This document shows, piece after piece, positions 26,109 through 36,986 of a stretch of 64,000 nucleotides of DNA. The notes under the pieces are model-generated. The model made no database searches and had not been told where the DNA came from. It saw only the letters and a list, made by a program, of their open reading frames with translations. The stretch lies in assembly GCA_963809475.1 (NCBI GenBank), contig CAWEJS010000001.1:1818125-1882124 (forward strand). Direction: 5' to 3'. Each line of letters starts with the position of its first letter. The stretch's first letter is position 1. This DNA comes from an uncultured Acidobacteriota bacterium. GTDB lineage: Bacteria; Acidobacteriota; Vicinamibacteria; Vicinamibacterales; JAKQTR01. The position numbers were made by a program, and so were the translations under genes.

Positions 26109-27035
26109 ATGTCTGACCACGACACTACTGACCGCTCGAGCGCTGACGCGCCGGGTCTCGTGCCGGTGCACCTCAACCATCAGGACCCGTCGGAGGCGCA
26201 GGTGCTCTTCGCGAGCCAGGCACCGCGGCTCTCCGGAGCGATGGGCTTCTCGGGGGTGTTCCACGCCGTGGCCGTCATCGGCGTGTTGTTCCTGATCAGC
26301 TGGCTGCCCGATCCCACGCCGCTCGACCTGCGGCGTGCCTCGGAAGAGATGATCCCCAGGGACCGCATCGTCTGGCTGAACGAGCCAGGCCCCGGAGGCG
26401 GAGGAGGGGGCGGCGGCAACAGGTCCATCGAGCCCCCTCGGCTGGCTCAGGCGCCGGGCAAGGACAAGATCACCATGCCGGTGCTGAAGCCGCCGGAGAT
26501 CGAACCGGTCAAGACGCCCGAGGACGAACTGCCGAAGCAGGATTTCAACATCCCCGCGAAGGCCATGGCGTCCGCCGACCAGTCGCTGGCGGGCGTGCTC
26601 GACGGCATGAAGTCGTCGAATTCCCCGACCGCTCAAGGCTCCGGCACCGGCGGCGGGTCGGGCACCGGCACGGGCACCGGCATCGGGTCGGGCACGGGGT
26701 CGGGCCTGGGGCCGGGGTACGGCGGCGGCACGGGCGGCGGCTATTACCGCCCGGGGTCGGGAATCGAACTGCCGCGTCTTCTGCGGGACGTCAAACCCGC
26801 CTACACCGCAGACGCGATGCGCGCGAAGATCCAGGGCACCGCGGTGCTCGATTGCGTCGTTGGCACCGACGGGTCGGTGGGGGAGTGCGACATCGCCCGC
26901 TCGCTCGACTCCAGCTTCGGCCTCGACCAGGAAGCGATGAAGGCCGCGAAGCAGTGGCGCTTCGTTCCCGGCAAGCGCTTTGGACAGCCCGTTCCCGTGC
27001 TGGTGACGATCGAGCTGACGTTCACGCTGCGGTAG
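26109..27035 (+). CDS. TonB-family energy transducer with a Gly-rich (not Pro-rich) spacer
   Basis: N-terminal TM segment (FHAVAVIGVLFLISWL). The C-terminal TonB domain is LLRDVKPAYTADAMRAKIQGTAVLDCVVGTDGSVGECDIARSLD..GLDQEAMKAAKQWRFVPGKRFGQPVPVLVTIELTF. The spacer contains GGGGGGGGN and GSGTGGGSGTGTGTGIGSGTGSGLGPGYGGGTGGGYY. The start is taken at the ATG at 26109; the ORF track starts at 25980. Confidence 0.8.
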   Translation: MSDHDTTDRSSADAPGLVPVHLNHQDPSEAQVLFASQAPRLSGAMGFSGVFHAVAVIGVLFLISWLPDPTPLDLRRASEEMIPRDRIVWLNEPGPGGGGGGGGNRSIEPPRLAQAPGKDKITMPVLKPPEIEPVKTPEDELPKQDFNIPAKAMASADQSLAGVLDGMKSSNSPTAQGSGTGGGSGTGTGTGIGSGTGSGLGPGYGGGTGGGYYRPGSGIELPRLLRDVKPAYTADAMRAKIQGTAVLDCVVGTDGSVGECDIARSLDSSFGLDQEAMKAAKQWRFVPGKRFGQPVPVLVTIELTFTLR

Positions 27036-27040
27036 GAAGA

Positions 27041-27068
27041 TCGGGACTCGGGACTCGGCAGTCGAGCG
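27041..27068. repeat. Heptanucleotide tandem array TCGGGAC x2 plus two degenerate units
   Basis: The units are TCGGGAC TCGGGAC TCGGCAG TCGAGCG, starting 5 nt after the TonB-like stop. The unit is the reverse complement and cyclic permutation of the GAGTCCC unit at 55198..55235. Confidence 0.6.
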
Positions 27069-27083
27069 GAACCGGCGTCAACG

Positions 27084-27120
27084 AAAAGGCCCGGTGGGCA
27101 TCGCGCCCACCGGGCCTTTT
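27084..27120. terminator. Bidirectional intrinsic terminator between the TonB-like gene and groEL
   Basis: AAAA, then a GGCCCGGTGGGC/GCCCACCGGGCC 12-bp stem with a 5-nt loop, then TTTT. The A-tract and T-tract flanks allow termination in both directions. Confidence 0.8.
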
Positions 27121-27139
27121 CGTCGTACTCGTCGTATTC

Positions 27140-29136
<1,997 letters not shown>

Positions 29137-29191
29137 CGCTCCTGCTTGATATGAGGAACCCGACCCAGCCAGCACTCAGCCGTACTGCGCG

Positions 29192-29218
29192 CTAGCACTC
29201 ACTACCTGCGACTGCTAA
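29192..29218 (-). promoter_or_regulatory. CIRCE operator (HrcA-binding inverted repeat)
   Basis: The minus strand reads TTAGCAGTC-N9-GAGTGCTAG, against the consensus TTAGCACTC-N9-GAGTGCTAA (2 mismatches). It lies directly downstream of the groES promoter. Confidence 0.8.
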
Positions 29219-29246
29219 TTATGACGGACGGCCGGGTGGGTGTCAA
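29218..29246 (-). promoter_or_regulatory. Sigma-70-type promoter of groES-groEL
   Basis: The minus strand reads TTGACA, a 17-nt spacer, then CATAAT. The -10 abuts the CIRCE element. Confidence 0.65.
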
Positions 29247-29315
29247 GGCGCCCGCCTCCGCTCGGCCTCAGCTCGCAGTTGCCTCGGCCGAGCTTCGGCG
29301 AGGCTTCGCCGGGGT

Positions 29316-30221
29316 TCAGGCGAGCTCGCGGCCGGTCAGGCGGCGGAACGCTTCGACATACTTCTCCCGCGTCTTCAGCACGACGTCGGGCGGCAGCGCC
29401 GGTGCCGGAGGGAGCTTGTTCCAACCGATCTGCTCCAGGTAGTCGCGGACGTACTGCTTGTCGAAGCTCGGCTGGGGACCGCCGGGCCGGAACGAGTCCG
29501 CCGGCCAGAACCGCGAGGAGTCCGGCGTGAGGACCTCGTCGATGAGCAGCAGGCGGGTGGACCCGCCCGGCTCGTCCGCCAGGCCGAACTCGAACTTCGT
29601 GTCCGCCACGATGATGCCCAGCTGCTCCGCGTGGCGCGCGCCGCGCCCGTACACCTCGAGCGAACGGTCGCGGATCTCCCCGACGAGGCGGGTGCCGACG
29701 ATCTCGGCGGCCTGGGCCTCGGTGATATTGATGTCGTGGCCGCTCTCAGCCTTGGTCGAGGGCGTGAAGATCGGGCCCGGGAGGCGGTCCGACTCGCGGA
29801 GGCCCGCCGGGAGCGCCACCCCGCAGACGCGTCCGGTCTGTTGGTACTCCTTCCAGCCCGAGCCGGACAAATAGCCCCGGACGACACATTCGATCGAGAG
29901 CGGGCGCGTCCGCCTGACGAGCATCGACCGGCCTCGGAGGATGTCCGCGTACCGCCGTGCGGGTTCGGGGTACGCCTCGGGGTCGGTCGTGATCACATGG
30001 TGCGGCACGATGTCGGTCATCAGGCCGAACCAGAAGGCCGACAGCTGGTTGAGGACCGCGCCCTTGTCGGGGATGCCCGACGCCAGGACGTAGTCGAAGG
30101 CCGAGATGCGGTCGGTGGCGACGATGAGAAGGTCGCCGCCGGCCTCGTAGACGTCGCGGACCTTGCCCTGGCGGAAGGGAAGGAGTCCCTCGAGCCTCGT
30201 CTGGATGAGTGCGTCTTTCAT
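29316..30221 (-). CDS. purC: Phosphoribosylaminoimidazole-succinocarboxamide (SAICAR) synthase
   Basis: GKVRDVYE, ATDRISAFD, ECVVRGYLSGSGW and ADTKFEFG motifs. The start is taken at MKDALIQ (30221), with GGGGGA 8 nt upstream. The ORF extends to 30278. Confidence 0.93.
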   Translation of the reverse strand: MKDALIQTRLEGLLPFRQGKVRDVYEAGGDLLIVATDRISAFDYVLASGIPDKGAVLNQLSAFWFGLMTDIVPHHVITTDPEAYPEPARRYADILRGRSMLVRRTRPLSIECVVRGYLSGSGWKEYQQTGRVCGVALPAGLRESDRLPGPIFTPSTKAESGHDINITEAQAAEIVGTRLVGEIRDRSLEVYGRGARHAEQLGIIVADTKFEFGLADEPGGSTRLLLIDEVLTPDSSRFWPADSFRPGGPQPSFDKQYVRDYLEQIGWNKLPPAPALPPDVVLKTREKYVEAFRRLTGRELA

Positions 30222-30317
30222 GATGGAGTCCCCCAGGGTGGTGCGGCCCATGTTAGCGGCACGGCGGCGCACGTTCAAGGGCGAGGGTTACCCCTGACGG
30301 TAACTCGCTGGCATCGA

Positions 30318-30346
30318 TAGACTTGCCGTTGTCGATGTAGTAGAGT
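30318..30346 (+). promoter_or_regulatory. Possible promoter with -10 only 9 nt from the start codon of 30356
   Basis: TAGACT, a 17-nt spacer, TAGAGT, then 9 nt to the ATG. This predicts a leaderless or near-leaderless transcript. Confidence 0.4.
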
Positions 30347-30355
30347 CGCAGGCGG

Positions 30356-31384
30356 ATGCGTGGGCACTTTCGCACCGCGGCCGCGCTGGCGCTGGCCGTG
30401 GCCATGGTGGTGTGGTTTCTCCGCGGCGCCGACCTCCGGGCCGTGTGGACCGAGATCCAGGGCGGCGATCCCTGGCTCCTGCTCCTGGCGGTCGGCGTGA
30501 CCTGCCTGACGTACCTTCTCCGGGCCGTGCGCTGGGGGTATCTGCTGCGCCCCCTCGGCCGGCCGCCGTTCTTCGAGGTTTTCAAGACCACCGTGATCGG
30601 GTTCGCGGTGTCGACGCTGCTCCCGGCCCGGGCCGGCGAGGTCGTGCGCCCGTACCTGCTGGCCAAGCGGGCGGGGTTCAGCGCGACGTCGGCGTTTGCG
30701 ACCATCGTGCTCGAGCGCCTGCTCGATCTCATCACGGTCCTTCTGCTCTTCGGGTTCTACCTGGTCTTCTACCACCCGGTGGTGGCCACGGGGCACGCGG
30801 CCGTGTTCAGCGCCCTCAAGTCCGGCGGCCTGCTGGCGGCCGCGGGCTCGATCGGCGGGCTCGTCGTCATGATGATCCTGGCCGGGCACCCCGACACGCT
30901 CGCCGCGTGGGCGCTGAAGATCGAACGGATCGTGCCCGCCCGCGTCGCTGCCGCCATCGCCAGACTCGTGCAGACGTTTCTGGAAGGGCTCGCGATCGTC
31001 AGGCAGCCCCGGCGGCTCGCGATGGCCGGCCTGCTGTCATTGCCCGTCTGGCTGGCGATCGCGGGGCCGATCTACCTCGGGTCGCGGGCGTTCCACATCG
31101 ACATGAGCTATCCGGGCGCCTTCCTGATGATGGCCATTCTCGTCGTCGGCGTCGCCGTGCCGACCCCCGGCTCCGTGGGCGGGTACCACAAGGCGTACCA
31201 GATTGGCGCCGTGGCGTTCTTCGGCGTGGCGAACGATCGGGCGGTGGGCGCGGCGCTCGTGCTGCACGCGATTTCGTTCCTGCCGGTGACGATTGCCGGC
31301 GCGATCTTCCTCGCGCAGGAAGGGCTGAGCCTGGGCCGCCTGCGCGGGCTGGCCTCGTCCGAGTCCGCCGAGGACGCACCATGA
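30356..31384 (+). CDS. Flippase-like / lysylphosphatidylglycerol-synthase TM-region family membrane protein (UPF0104)
   Basis: It has about 8 TM segments and an N-terminal pattern [28 protein letters not shown] typical of the family. The stop overlaps the nrdR start (ATGA). Confidence 0.7.
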   Translation: MRGHFRTAAALALAVAMVVWFLRGADLRAVWTEIQGGDPWLLLLAVGVTCLTYLLRAVRWGYLLRPLGRPPFFEVFKTTVIGFAVSTLLPARAGEVVRPYLLAKRAGFSATSAFATIVLERLLDLITVLLLFGFYLVFYHPVVATGHAAVFSALKSGGLLAAAGSIGGLVVMMILAGHPDTLAAWALKIERIVPARVAAAIARLVQTFLEGLAIVRQPRRLAMAGLLSLPVWLAIAGPIYLGSRAFHIDMSYPGAFLMMAILVVGVAVPTPGSVGGYHKAYQIGAVAFFGVANDRAVGAALVLHAISFLPVTIAGAIFLAQEGLSLGRLRGLASSESAEDAP

Positions 31385-31839
31385 AGTGTCCCTACTGCGG
31401 CCACATGGGTGACAAGGTCGTCGACTCCCGCGAGAGCAAGGAAGGCGACGTGATCCGGCGCCGGCGCGAGTGCCTCGAGTGCAGCCGCCGCTTCACGAGC
31501 TACGAGCGCGTCGACGACATCCCGTACATGGTGATCAAGAAGGACGGGCGGCGCGAGCGCTTCGAGCGGCAGAAGCTCATCGCCGGCATGCTGCGGGCCT
31601 GCGAGAAGCGGCCCGTCACGGTGTCGGCGCTCGAGGCCATCGCCGACCGCATCGAGGGCGTCCTGCAGGACCGTCCGGAGAAGGAGATCGGCACGGGCGA
31701 GATCGGCGTGTTCGTGATGCAGGACCTCAAGCGTCTGGACAAAGTGGCCTACGTCCGGTTCGCGTCGGTGTACCGGGACTTCCGGGACATCGGCGAGTTC
31801 ATGGTCGAGCTCAAAGACCTCATCAACGCGAAGGAGTGA
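31381..31839 (+). CDS. nrdR: Transcriptional repressor NrdR
   Basis: Zinc ribbon MKCPYCGH...[12 protein letters not shown] followed by an ATP-cone ([14 protein letters not shown]...[13 protein letters not shown]). Length is 152 aa. Confidence 0.96.
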   Translation: MKCPYCGHMGDKVVDSRESKEGDVIRRRRECLECSRRFTSYERVDDIPYMVIKKDGRRERFERQKLIAGMLRACEKRPVTVSALEAIADRIEGVLQDRPEKEIGTGEIGVFVMQDLKRLDKVAYVRFASVYRDFRDIGEFMVELKDLINAKE

Positions 31840-32369
31840 TGGTCACGCGTCTCGTGGCGCTCGTGCTGGGCGCGCTCATGCTGGAGGGCGGCGGGTCGCC
31901 GCGCGTGGACGTCGCCGCCGTGGCGCGCGACGGGCGGGTGTACGTGTCGTCCACCGTCGGGGACGGCCTGATGGACGGCCTCGCGGACGCGGTCCAATCC
32001 GGCCTGACCGCGACGGTGACGTACGAGGCGGAGCTGCGGCGCCCGGTCAGCATCTGGTTCGACCGCACGATCGGCACCGCGACCGTCGCGGCGTCGATGC
32101 AGCACGACACGCTGACGCGGCGCTATCAGCTGAGCCGCAGCGTCGACGGGCGCCTCGACGACTCGAAGGTGTCCGAGGACCGGACCGACGCGGAGCGCTT
32201 CGTCACGGGCTTCGACCGCCTGCCCCTCTTCGGCACGGCGCAGCTCGAGCCGAACGTCGAGTACTACGTGCGCATCCGGGTCCGCACGCGCCCGCGTGTG
32301 GCGTGGTTCTTCTGGCCCTGGGGGCGGGACGCCGCGAGCGGGCTCGCCCGGTTCACCTTCATCCCCTAG
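31839..32369 (+). CDS. DUF4390-like exported protein
   Basis: It has an N-terminal hydrophobic signal. YEAELRRPVSIWFDRTIG, TRRYQLSR and VEYYVRIRVRT resemble DUF4390, which is commonly encoded upstream of NtrY-type kinases. Its ATG shares a base with the nrdR TGA. Confidence 0.6.
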   Translation: MVTRLVALVLGALMLEGGGSPRVDVAAVARDGRVYVSSTVGDGLMDGLADAVQSGLTATVTYEAELRRPVSIWFDRTIGTATVAASMQHDTLTRRYQLSRSVDGRLDDSKVSEDRTDAERFVTGFDRLPLFGTAQLEPNVEYYVRIRVRTRPRVAWFFWPWGRDAASGLARFTFIP

Positions 32370-32386
32370 GGCGGGCGAGGCCGAGC

Positions 32387-34702
32387 ATGCCGGAGTTGCC
32401 GGGATCGTCCATGTCGCTCCGCCCGCCTCCGCCCGGCGCCGCGCCGCCGAGGCCCAGGCGCCCGTTCCGCGACAACCCGCTCCAGGTCCTGCTGGGCATC
32501 TTCGTCCTCGTCGCGGCGCTCGTCGCGATGATGACGCTCCTCTACCGGTCCAGCCGGCTCGCCCCGGACTTCCTCAGCGAGTTCGTCCTCTACTCCCTGT
32601 CGATCGTCGACCTCACCATGCTGGTGGGGCTCGTGTTCGTGCTCGCGCGCAACGTCATCAAGCTGGTCGTCGAGCGGAAGCGGGCGCTGCCGTTCGCCCG
32701 CTACCGGGCGAAGCTCGTCCTGGTGCTGCTCGGCATGACGATCATCCCGGCGGTCCTGGTCCTCTTCGTGGGCAGCCAGCTGATCTTCAACAGCGTGGAC
32801 CGGTGGTTCAACGCGCCGATGGACGAGATGCTGGAGTCCTCGCAGCGGATCGCGAGCGACTACTACCACGACCGGCAGCGGCAGGTGAGTGACGAGACGG
32901 CCCGCCTCGCGCGCGCGCTCGGGCCGATCGACCTCGGGGCGTCCGACCTGAAACCCCTGCGGGACGCCCTCGCCGTGCCCATCACGGAGCGGCGCCTGAC
33001 GCTCGTCGAGGTGTACCGGACGGCCGCGGGCCTCGACGGCGGGCTGCGCGCCGTCCCGGTCGTCGACGTGGCGTCGGCGGCCGCCGGCCCCGCCGCGTCC
33101 CGCGCCTCGTCGGAACGGCTGGCGGCGCTGGCGGCCAGCGGTCAGCCGGAGACGTGGGTCCGCGAGCCGCTCGACAACGGGGATGAACTGCTCCGTGCGG
33201 CGGCCGTCGTCCGGCGGCCCGACGGCACCGCCGCCGGCGTCGTCGTGGGGTCCGTGCCGCTCACCGGCGACATGGCGCTCCGGGCGCGCCGCATGACGAA
33301 GGCCTACGAGTCCTACAGCCAGCTCCGGGTCCTCAAGCGCCCGCTGACGGGGGTCTACCTCTCGTTCTTCCTGATGGTGACGCTCATGATCCTGGTGAGC
33401 GCCACCTGGATGGGGCTGTACCTCGCGAAGCGGATCACGCGGCCGGTCCAGCTGCTGGCGGCGGCGGCCCGCGAGATCGGAGCCGGCCACTTCGAGCACC
33501 GCGTCGAGCGGGAGACAGTCGACGAGTTCGGGTCCCTGGTGGACGCCTTCAACAGCATGGTGGACGAGCTGGCCTCGAGCCGCCGCCAGCTCGAGCAGTC
33601 CAGCGTCGATCTCCACCGGAAGCATGCCGAGGTGGAGGAGCGGCGGCGCTTCACCGAGGCCGTCCTCGACCGCGTGGCGACCGGCGTCATCACGGTGGAC
33701 GCCGCCGGCCGCGTCGGCACGATGAACCCGGCGGCCGCGCGGCTGCTCGGGCTCGATCCCGGCGTCGTCGGCCAGCCGGCAGAGGCGGTGTTCGCCGCCG
33801 CCGACCTCCAGCCCCTGGCGGCGCTGGCGACGACGGCGTACGTGCCCGGCCGGGAGTGGCCGGCCCAGGAGATCGTGCTGACCCGGGACGGCCGCGAGGT
33901 GCAGCTGGCGCTCGCGGCCACGCCGCTGCACGGCGAGGGGCGCCTGCCTGATGGGCGCGTCCTCGTGCTCGACGACATCACGCCGCTCATCCGCGCCCAG
34001 AAGGTCGCCGCGTGGCGGGAGGTGGCGCGGCGCCTGGCGCACGAGATCAAGAACCCGCTCACGCCGATCCAGCTCTGTGCGCAGCGGCTGCAGCGCCAGT
34101 TCGCCTCCGCGCCGGACCCGGTGCGGGGCTTCGTCACCGAGTGCACGGGGACCATCGTCGGCGAGGTCGAAGCCCTCAAGACGCTGGTGGACGAGTTCTC
34201 GCAGTTCGCGCGGATGCCGGCGCCCAGGCGCGTCCCGACCGACGTGCACCAGCTGCTCGCGAGCACCCTCGGGCTGTATGATGGGCTCTTCCAGCACGTG
34301 CAGATCGAGACGCTGTTCGCGGTGTCGGTCCCGCGCGTGCGCCTCGACCCGGACCAGATCCGCCGCGTCGTGATCAACCTCGTCGACAACGCGATCGAGG
34401 CCGTCAACCAGAAGGGCCTGATCGTCGTGGAGACCAGGCACGACGCCTCCCTCGGGGTCGTGCGGATCATCGTCGCTGACGACGGCCCCGGAATCGCCCC
34501 GGGCGAGCGGGACAAGCTCTTCATGCCGTATTACTCCACGAAGAAGCGCGGGAGCGGCCTCGGGCTGGCGATCGTCCGGCGGATCGTCGCGGAACACGGA
34601 GGGACGGTGGACGTCGGCCCGAACGAGCCGCGCGGCACGCGGTTCACCATCGAACTGCCGAGCGGGGACGGTGAGACCCAGCCCGCGGCGGAGGCGTCGT
34701 GA
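32387..34702 (+). CDS. ntrY: NtrY-like sensor histidine kinase (TM, HAMP, PAS, HisKA, HATPase_c)
   Basis: H-box AHEIKNPLTPIQL, N-box NLVDNAIEA, G-boxes DDGPGI and GSGLGLAIV. Four N-terminal TM segments and a HAMP domain. The start is uncertain between 32303 and 32411. Confidence 0.9.
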   Translation: MPELPGSSMSLRPPPPGAAPPRPRRPFRDNPLQVLLGIFVLVAALVAMMTLLYRSSRLAPDFLSEFVLYSLSIVDLTMLVGLVFVLARNVIKLVVERKRALPFARYRAKLVLVLLGMTIIPAVLVLFVGSQLIFNSVDRWFNAPMDEMLESSQRIASDYYHDRQRQVSDETARLARALGPIDLGASDLKPLRDALAVPITERRLTLVEVYRTAAGLDGGLRAVPVVDVASAAAGPAASRASSERLAALAASGQPETWVREPLDNGDELLRAAAVVRRPDGTAAGVVVGSVPLTGDMALRARRMTKAYESYSQLRVLKRPLTGVYLSFFLMVTLMILVSATWMGLYLAKRITRPVQLLAAAAREIGAGHFEHRVERETVDEFGSLVDAFNSMVDELASSRRQLEQSSVDLHRKHAEVEERRRFTEAVLDRVATGVITVDAAGRVGTMNPAAARLLGLDPGVVGQPAEAVFAAADLQPLAALATTAYVPGREWPAQEIVLTRDGREVQLALAATPLHGEGRLPDGRVLVLDDITPLIRAQKVAAWREVARRLAHEIKNPLTPIQLCAQRLQRQFASAPDPVRGFVTECTGTIVGEVEALKTLVDEFSQFARMPAPRRVPTDVHQLLASTLGLYDGLFQHVQIETLFAVSVPRVRLDPDQIRRVVINLVDNAIEAVNQKGLIVVETRHDASLGVVRIIVADDGPGIAPGERDKLFMPYYSTKKRGSGLGLAIVRRIVAEHGGTVDVGPNEPRGTRFTIELPSGDGETQPAAEAS

Positions 34703-36084
34703 AGGCGGCCATCCTGGTGGTGGACGACGAGCCGGGCGTGCGGACGGCGCTCACCGGCGTCCTGCGCGACGAAGGGTACAGCGTTGATGCCGTCGACAGC
34801 GGGGAAGCCTGCCTCGACCGGTTGACGCGTTCGGCCTACGACGTCATCCTCCTGGACATCTGGCTGCCGGGGATCGACGGGCTGACCACGCTGCAGCGCC
34901 TGCGCGACCGCCAGGTGGACGCCGCCGTCGTCATGATCTCGGGGCACGGGAACATCGAGTCGGCGGTGAAGGCCATCAAGATCGGCGCGTTCGACTTCAT
35001 CGAGAAGCCGCTCTCACTCGACAAGACGGTGCTGGCCGTGGGCCATGCGCTCCGCCAGCAGCACCTGGAGGTGGAGAATCGGGCGCTCCGGGCGCGCGTC
35101 GACCAGGATCTCACGATGGTCGGCGAGAGCTATGCCATGAACCAGCTGCGCGAGCAGGTGGCGATGGCGGCGCCGACCAACGGGCGCGTCCTCATCTCGG
35201 GAGAGAACGGCACGGGCAAGGAGATCGTCGCACGGTCGATTCACGCCCTCAGCCGCCGGAGAGGCGGCCCGTTCGTCGAGGTGAACTGCGCGGCGATTCC
35301 CGAGGACCTGATCGAGTCGGAGCTGTTCGGGCACGTGCGCGGCGCGTTCACGGGGGCCGTGTCGGACCGGCGGGGCAAATTCGAGCTCGCCGACGGCGGG
35401 ACCATCTTCCTCGACGAAATCGGCGACATGAGCTTGAAGACCCAGGCCAAGGTGCTGCGGGTGCTGCAGGAGCAGGTGGTCGAGCCCGTCGGCGGCACCG
35501 CCCGGGTCCGCGTGGACACGCGCGTGCTGGCCGCCACCAACAAGGACCTGACGGGGGAGATCAAGGAGGGCCGGTTCCGGGAGGACTTGTACTTCAGGCT
35601 GAACGTCATCCCGATCTTCGTGCCGCCCCTGCGCGACCGGCAGGCCGACATCCCGCTCCTGGCGGAGCACTTCATGCGGCTGTTCGCCCGCGAGTACGGG
35701 CGGCGCCTGAAGAGCGTCGATGAGTCCGCGTCGCGCGCGCTCGCGCAGTACGCCTGGCCGGGCAACGTGCGGGAGCTGCGGAACGTCATCGAGCGGCTGA
35801 TCATCATGGTGCCGGGCGAGGTGATCACGGCCCAGGACCTGGCGTTCCTCGGCGGCGGCGTGCGGAGCGAGCCGGCCGCGGCGGCCGCCGAGACGCAGAT
35901 GCTGCACGACGCCCGCGACGCGTTCGAACGCGACTACATCCTCAGAGCCATGGCCCGGCAGCAGGGCAACATCTCGCGGACCGCGGAGGTCCTCGGCATC
36001 GAGCGGAGCAACCTCTACCGCAAGATGCGCACCCTCGGCATCGCGCCGTCCCGTGCGGGCGAGCGCGACGACGAGGCCCGCTGA
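34699..36084 (+). CDS. ntrX: Sigma-54-dependent response regulator (NtrX/NtrC family)
   Basis: Receiver domain (DVILLDIWLPGIDG), AAA+ domain (GENGTGKE, ELFGHVRGAFTGA, GGTIFLDEI) and C-terminal Fis-type HTH (NISRTAEVLGIERSNLYRKM). Confidence 0.94.
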   Translation: MKAAILVVDDEPGVRTALTGVLRDEGYSVDAVDSGEACLDRLTRSAYDVILLDIWLPGIDGLTTLQRLRDRQVDAAVVMISGHGNIESAVKAIKIGAFDFIEKPLSLDKTVLAVGHALRQQHLEVENRALRARVDQDLTMVGESYAMNQLREQVAMAAPTNGRVLISGENGTGKEIVARSIHALSRRRGGPFVEVNCAAIPEDLIESELFGHVRGAFTGAVSDRRGKFELADGGTIFLDEIGDMSLKTQAKVLRVLQEQVVEPVGGTARVRVDTRVLAATNKDLTGEIKEGRFREDLYFRLNVIPIFVPPLRDRQADIPLLAEHFMRLFAREYGRRLKSVDESASRALAQYAWPGNVRELRNVIERLIIMVPGEVITAQDLAFLGGGVRSEPAAAAAETQMLHDARDAFERDYILRAMARQQGNISRTAEVLGIERSNLYRKMRTLGIAPSRAGERDDEAR

Positions 36085-36086
36085 GT

Positions 36087-36986
36087 GTGGCGTATAATTC
36101 TCCCGCGAGCGCCGAGCAGATGACCGACCCCATGCCCGTGAACACCCCGCGACCGGACAGCAGCGCGCCCGATCTGGATCGGGAGGCGAAGATCGACGAA
36201 CTGCTGCTCGCCGGCCTGGAGCACTACTTCGGCGGGCGTTTCCAGGAGGCCATCAACGTCTGGGGGCGCGTGCTGTTCCTCGATCGCGGGCACGCGCGCG
36301 CGCGCTCGTACATCGAGCGGGCGCGCGGGGCGCTCGCGGAACGCCAGCGGAGGGCCGAACAACTCGTCGAAGAGGGGGCGGCGGCGCTCGACCGGGGCGA
36401 CGGCCAGATGGCGCGGCAGCTGCTGACGTCGGCGATCGCGAGCGGGGACCCTCACGACCTCGCCCGCGCGCACCTCGAACGCCTGGACCGGCTGTCGGCG
36501 CCCTCGCCGGCGCCGCGGAGATGGCGGACGCGGCCGGGCACGGCGAGGACCGCCGCCGGGACGGACGGCGAGCCCGCGCGGCAGGCGAGGCCCGTGCGCG
36601 CGCTGCCGATCCTGGTCACGGCGCTGGCGATCGGCGCGGTCATGCTGTTCGCGGCCTCGCGGGACTGGCTGCGGCCCCTGGTCGCCCGGGGCGCGCAGCC
36701 GGCGCCCGCCGGCGCCTCGGTCGTCTTCGAGCGCGAACCCCTGCCCGTCCCCACGCCCGCGGAGATTGCGCTGGCGCGGGCCCGTGAGCTGTACAGCGGC
36801 GGCCACATCAAAGCCGCCCTGGCTGCGCTCGACGGCGTGCCCGAGGCCGATCCGTTCGCGCCGGACGCCCTCCGCCTGCGCGCCGACCTCCAGCGGACGC
36901 TGCTCGAACCTCGCGCCGAGCGCGCGGCGGAGGCGGACGAGGTCCCCGCCGAACGGGCGCCGACGCCCGCCGAGGTTCGCCGATGA
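36087..36986 (+). CDS. Hypothetical TPR-like protein with one central TM segment
   Basis: LLLAGLEHYFGGRFQEAINVWGRVLFLD is a TPR-like helix pair. The TM segment is LPILVTALAIGAVMLFAA. A TATAAT at 36093..36098 suggests the real start may be the in-frame ATG at 36120. Confidence 0.6.
   Translation: MAYNSPASAEQMTDPMPVNTPRPDSSAPDLDREAKIDELLLAGLEHYFGGRFQEAINVWGRVLFLDRGHARARSYIERARGALAERQRRAEQLVEEGAAALDRGDGQMARQLLTSAIASGDPHDLARAHLERLDRLSAPSPAPRRWRTRPGTARTAAGTDGEPARQARPVRALPILVTALAIGAVMLFAASRDWLRPLVARGAQPAPAGASVVFEREPLPVPTPAEIALARARELYSGGHIKAALAALDGVPEADPFAPDALRLRADLQRTLLEPRAERAAEADEVPAERAPTPAEVRR

Noticed and set aside
26640-26760. Imperfect GGCACC/GGGTCG nucleotide repeats that could be mistaken for an intergenic repeat array
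   Set aside because: They lie in frame within the TonB-like CDS and encode its Gly/Ser/Thr-rich linker. This is a low-complexity coding repeat, not a CRISPR or satellite.
29281-29304. Hairpin GCCTCGGCCGA-GCT-TCGGCGAGGC downstream of purC as its terminator
   Set aside because: The stem is plausible but has a bulge and is not followed by a T-tract on the minus strand. It is too weak to call as an intrinsic terminator.
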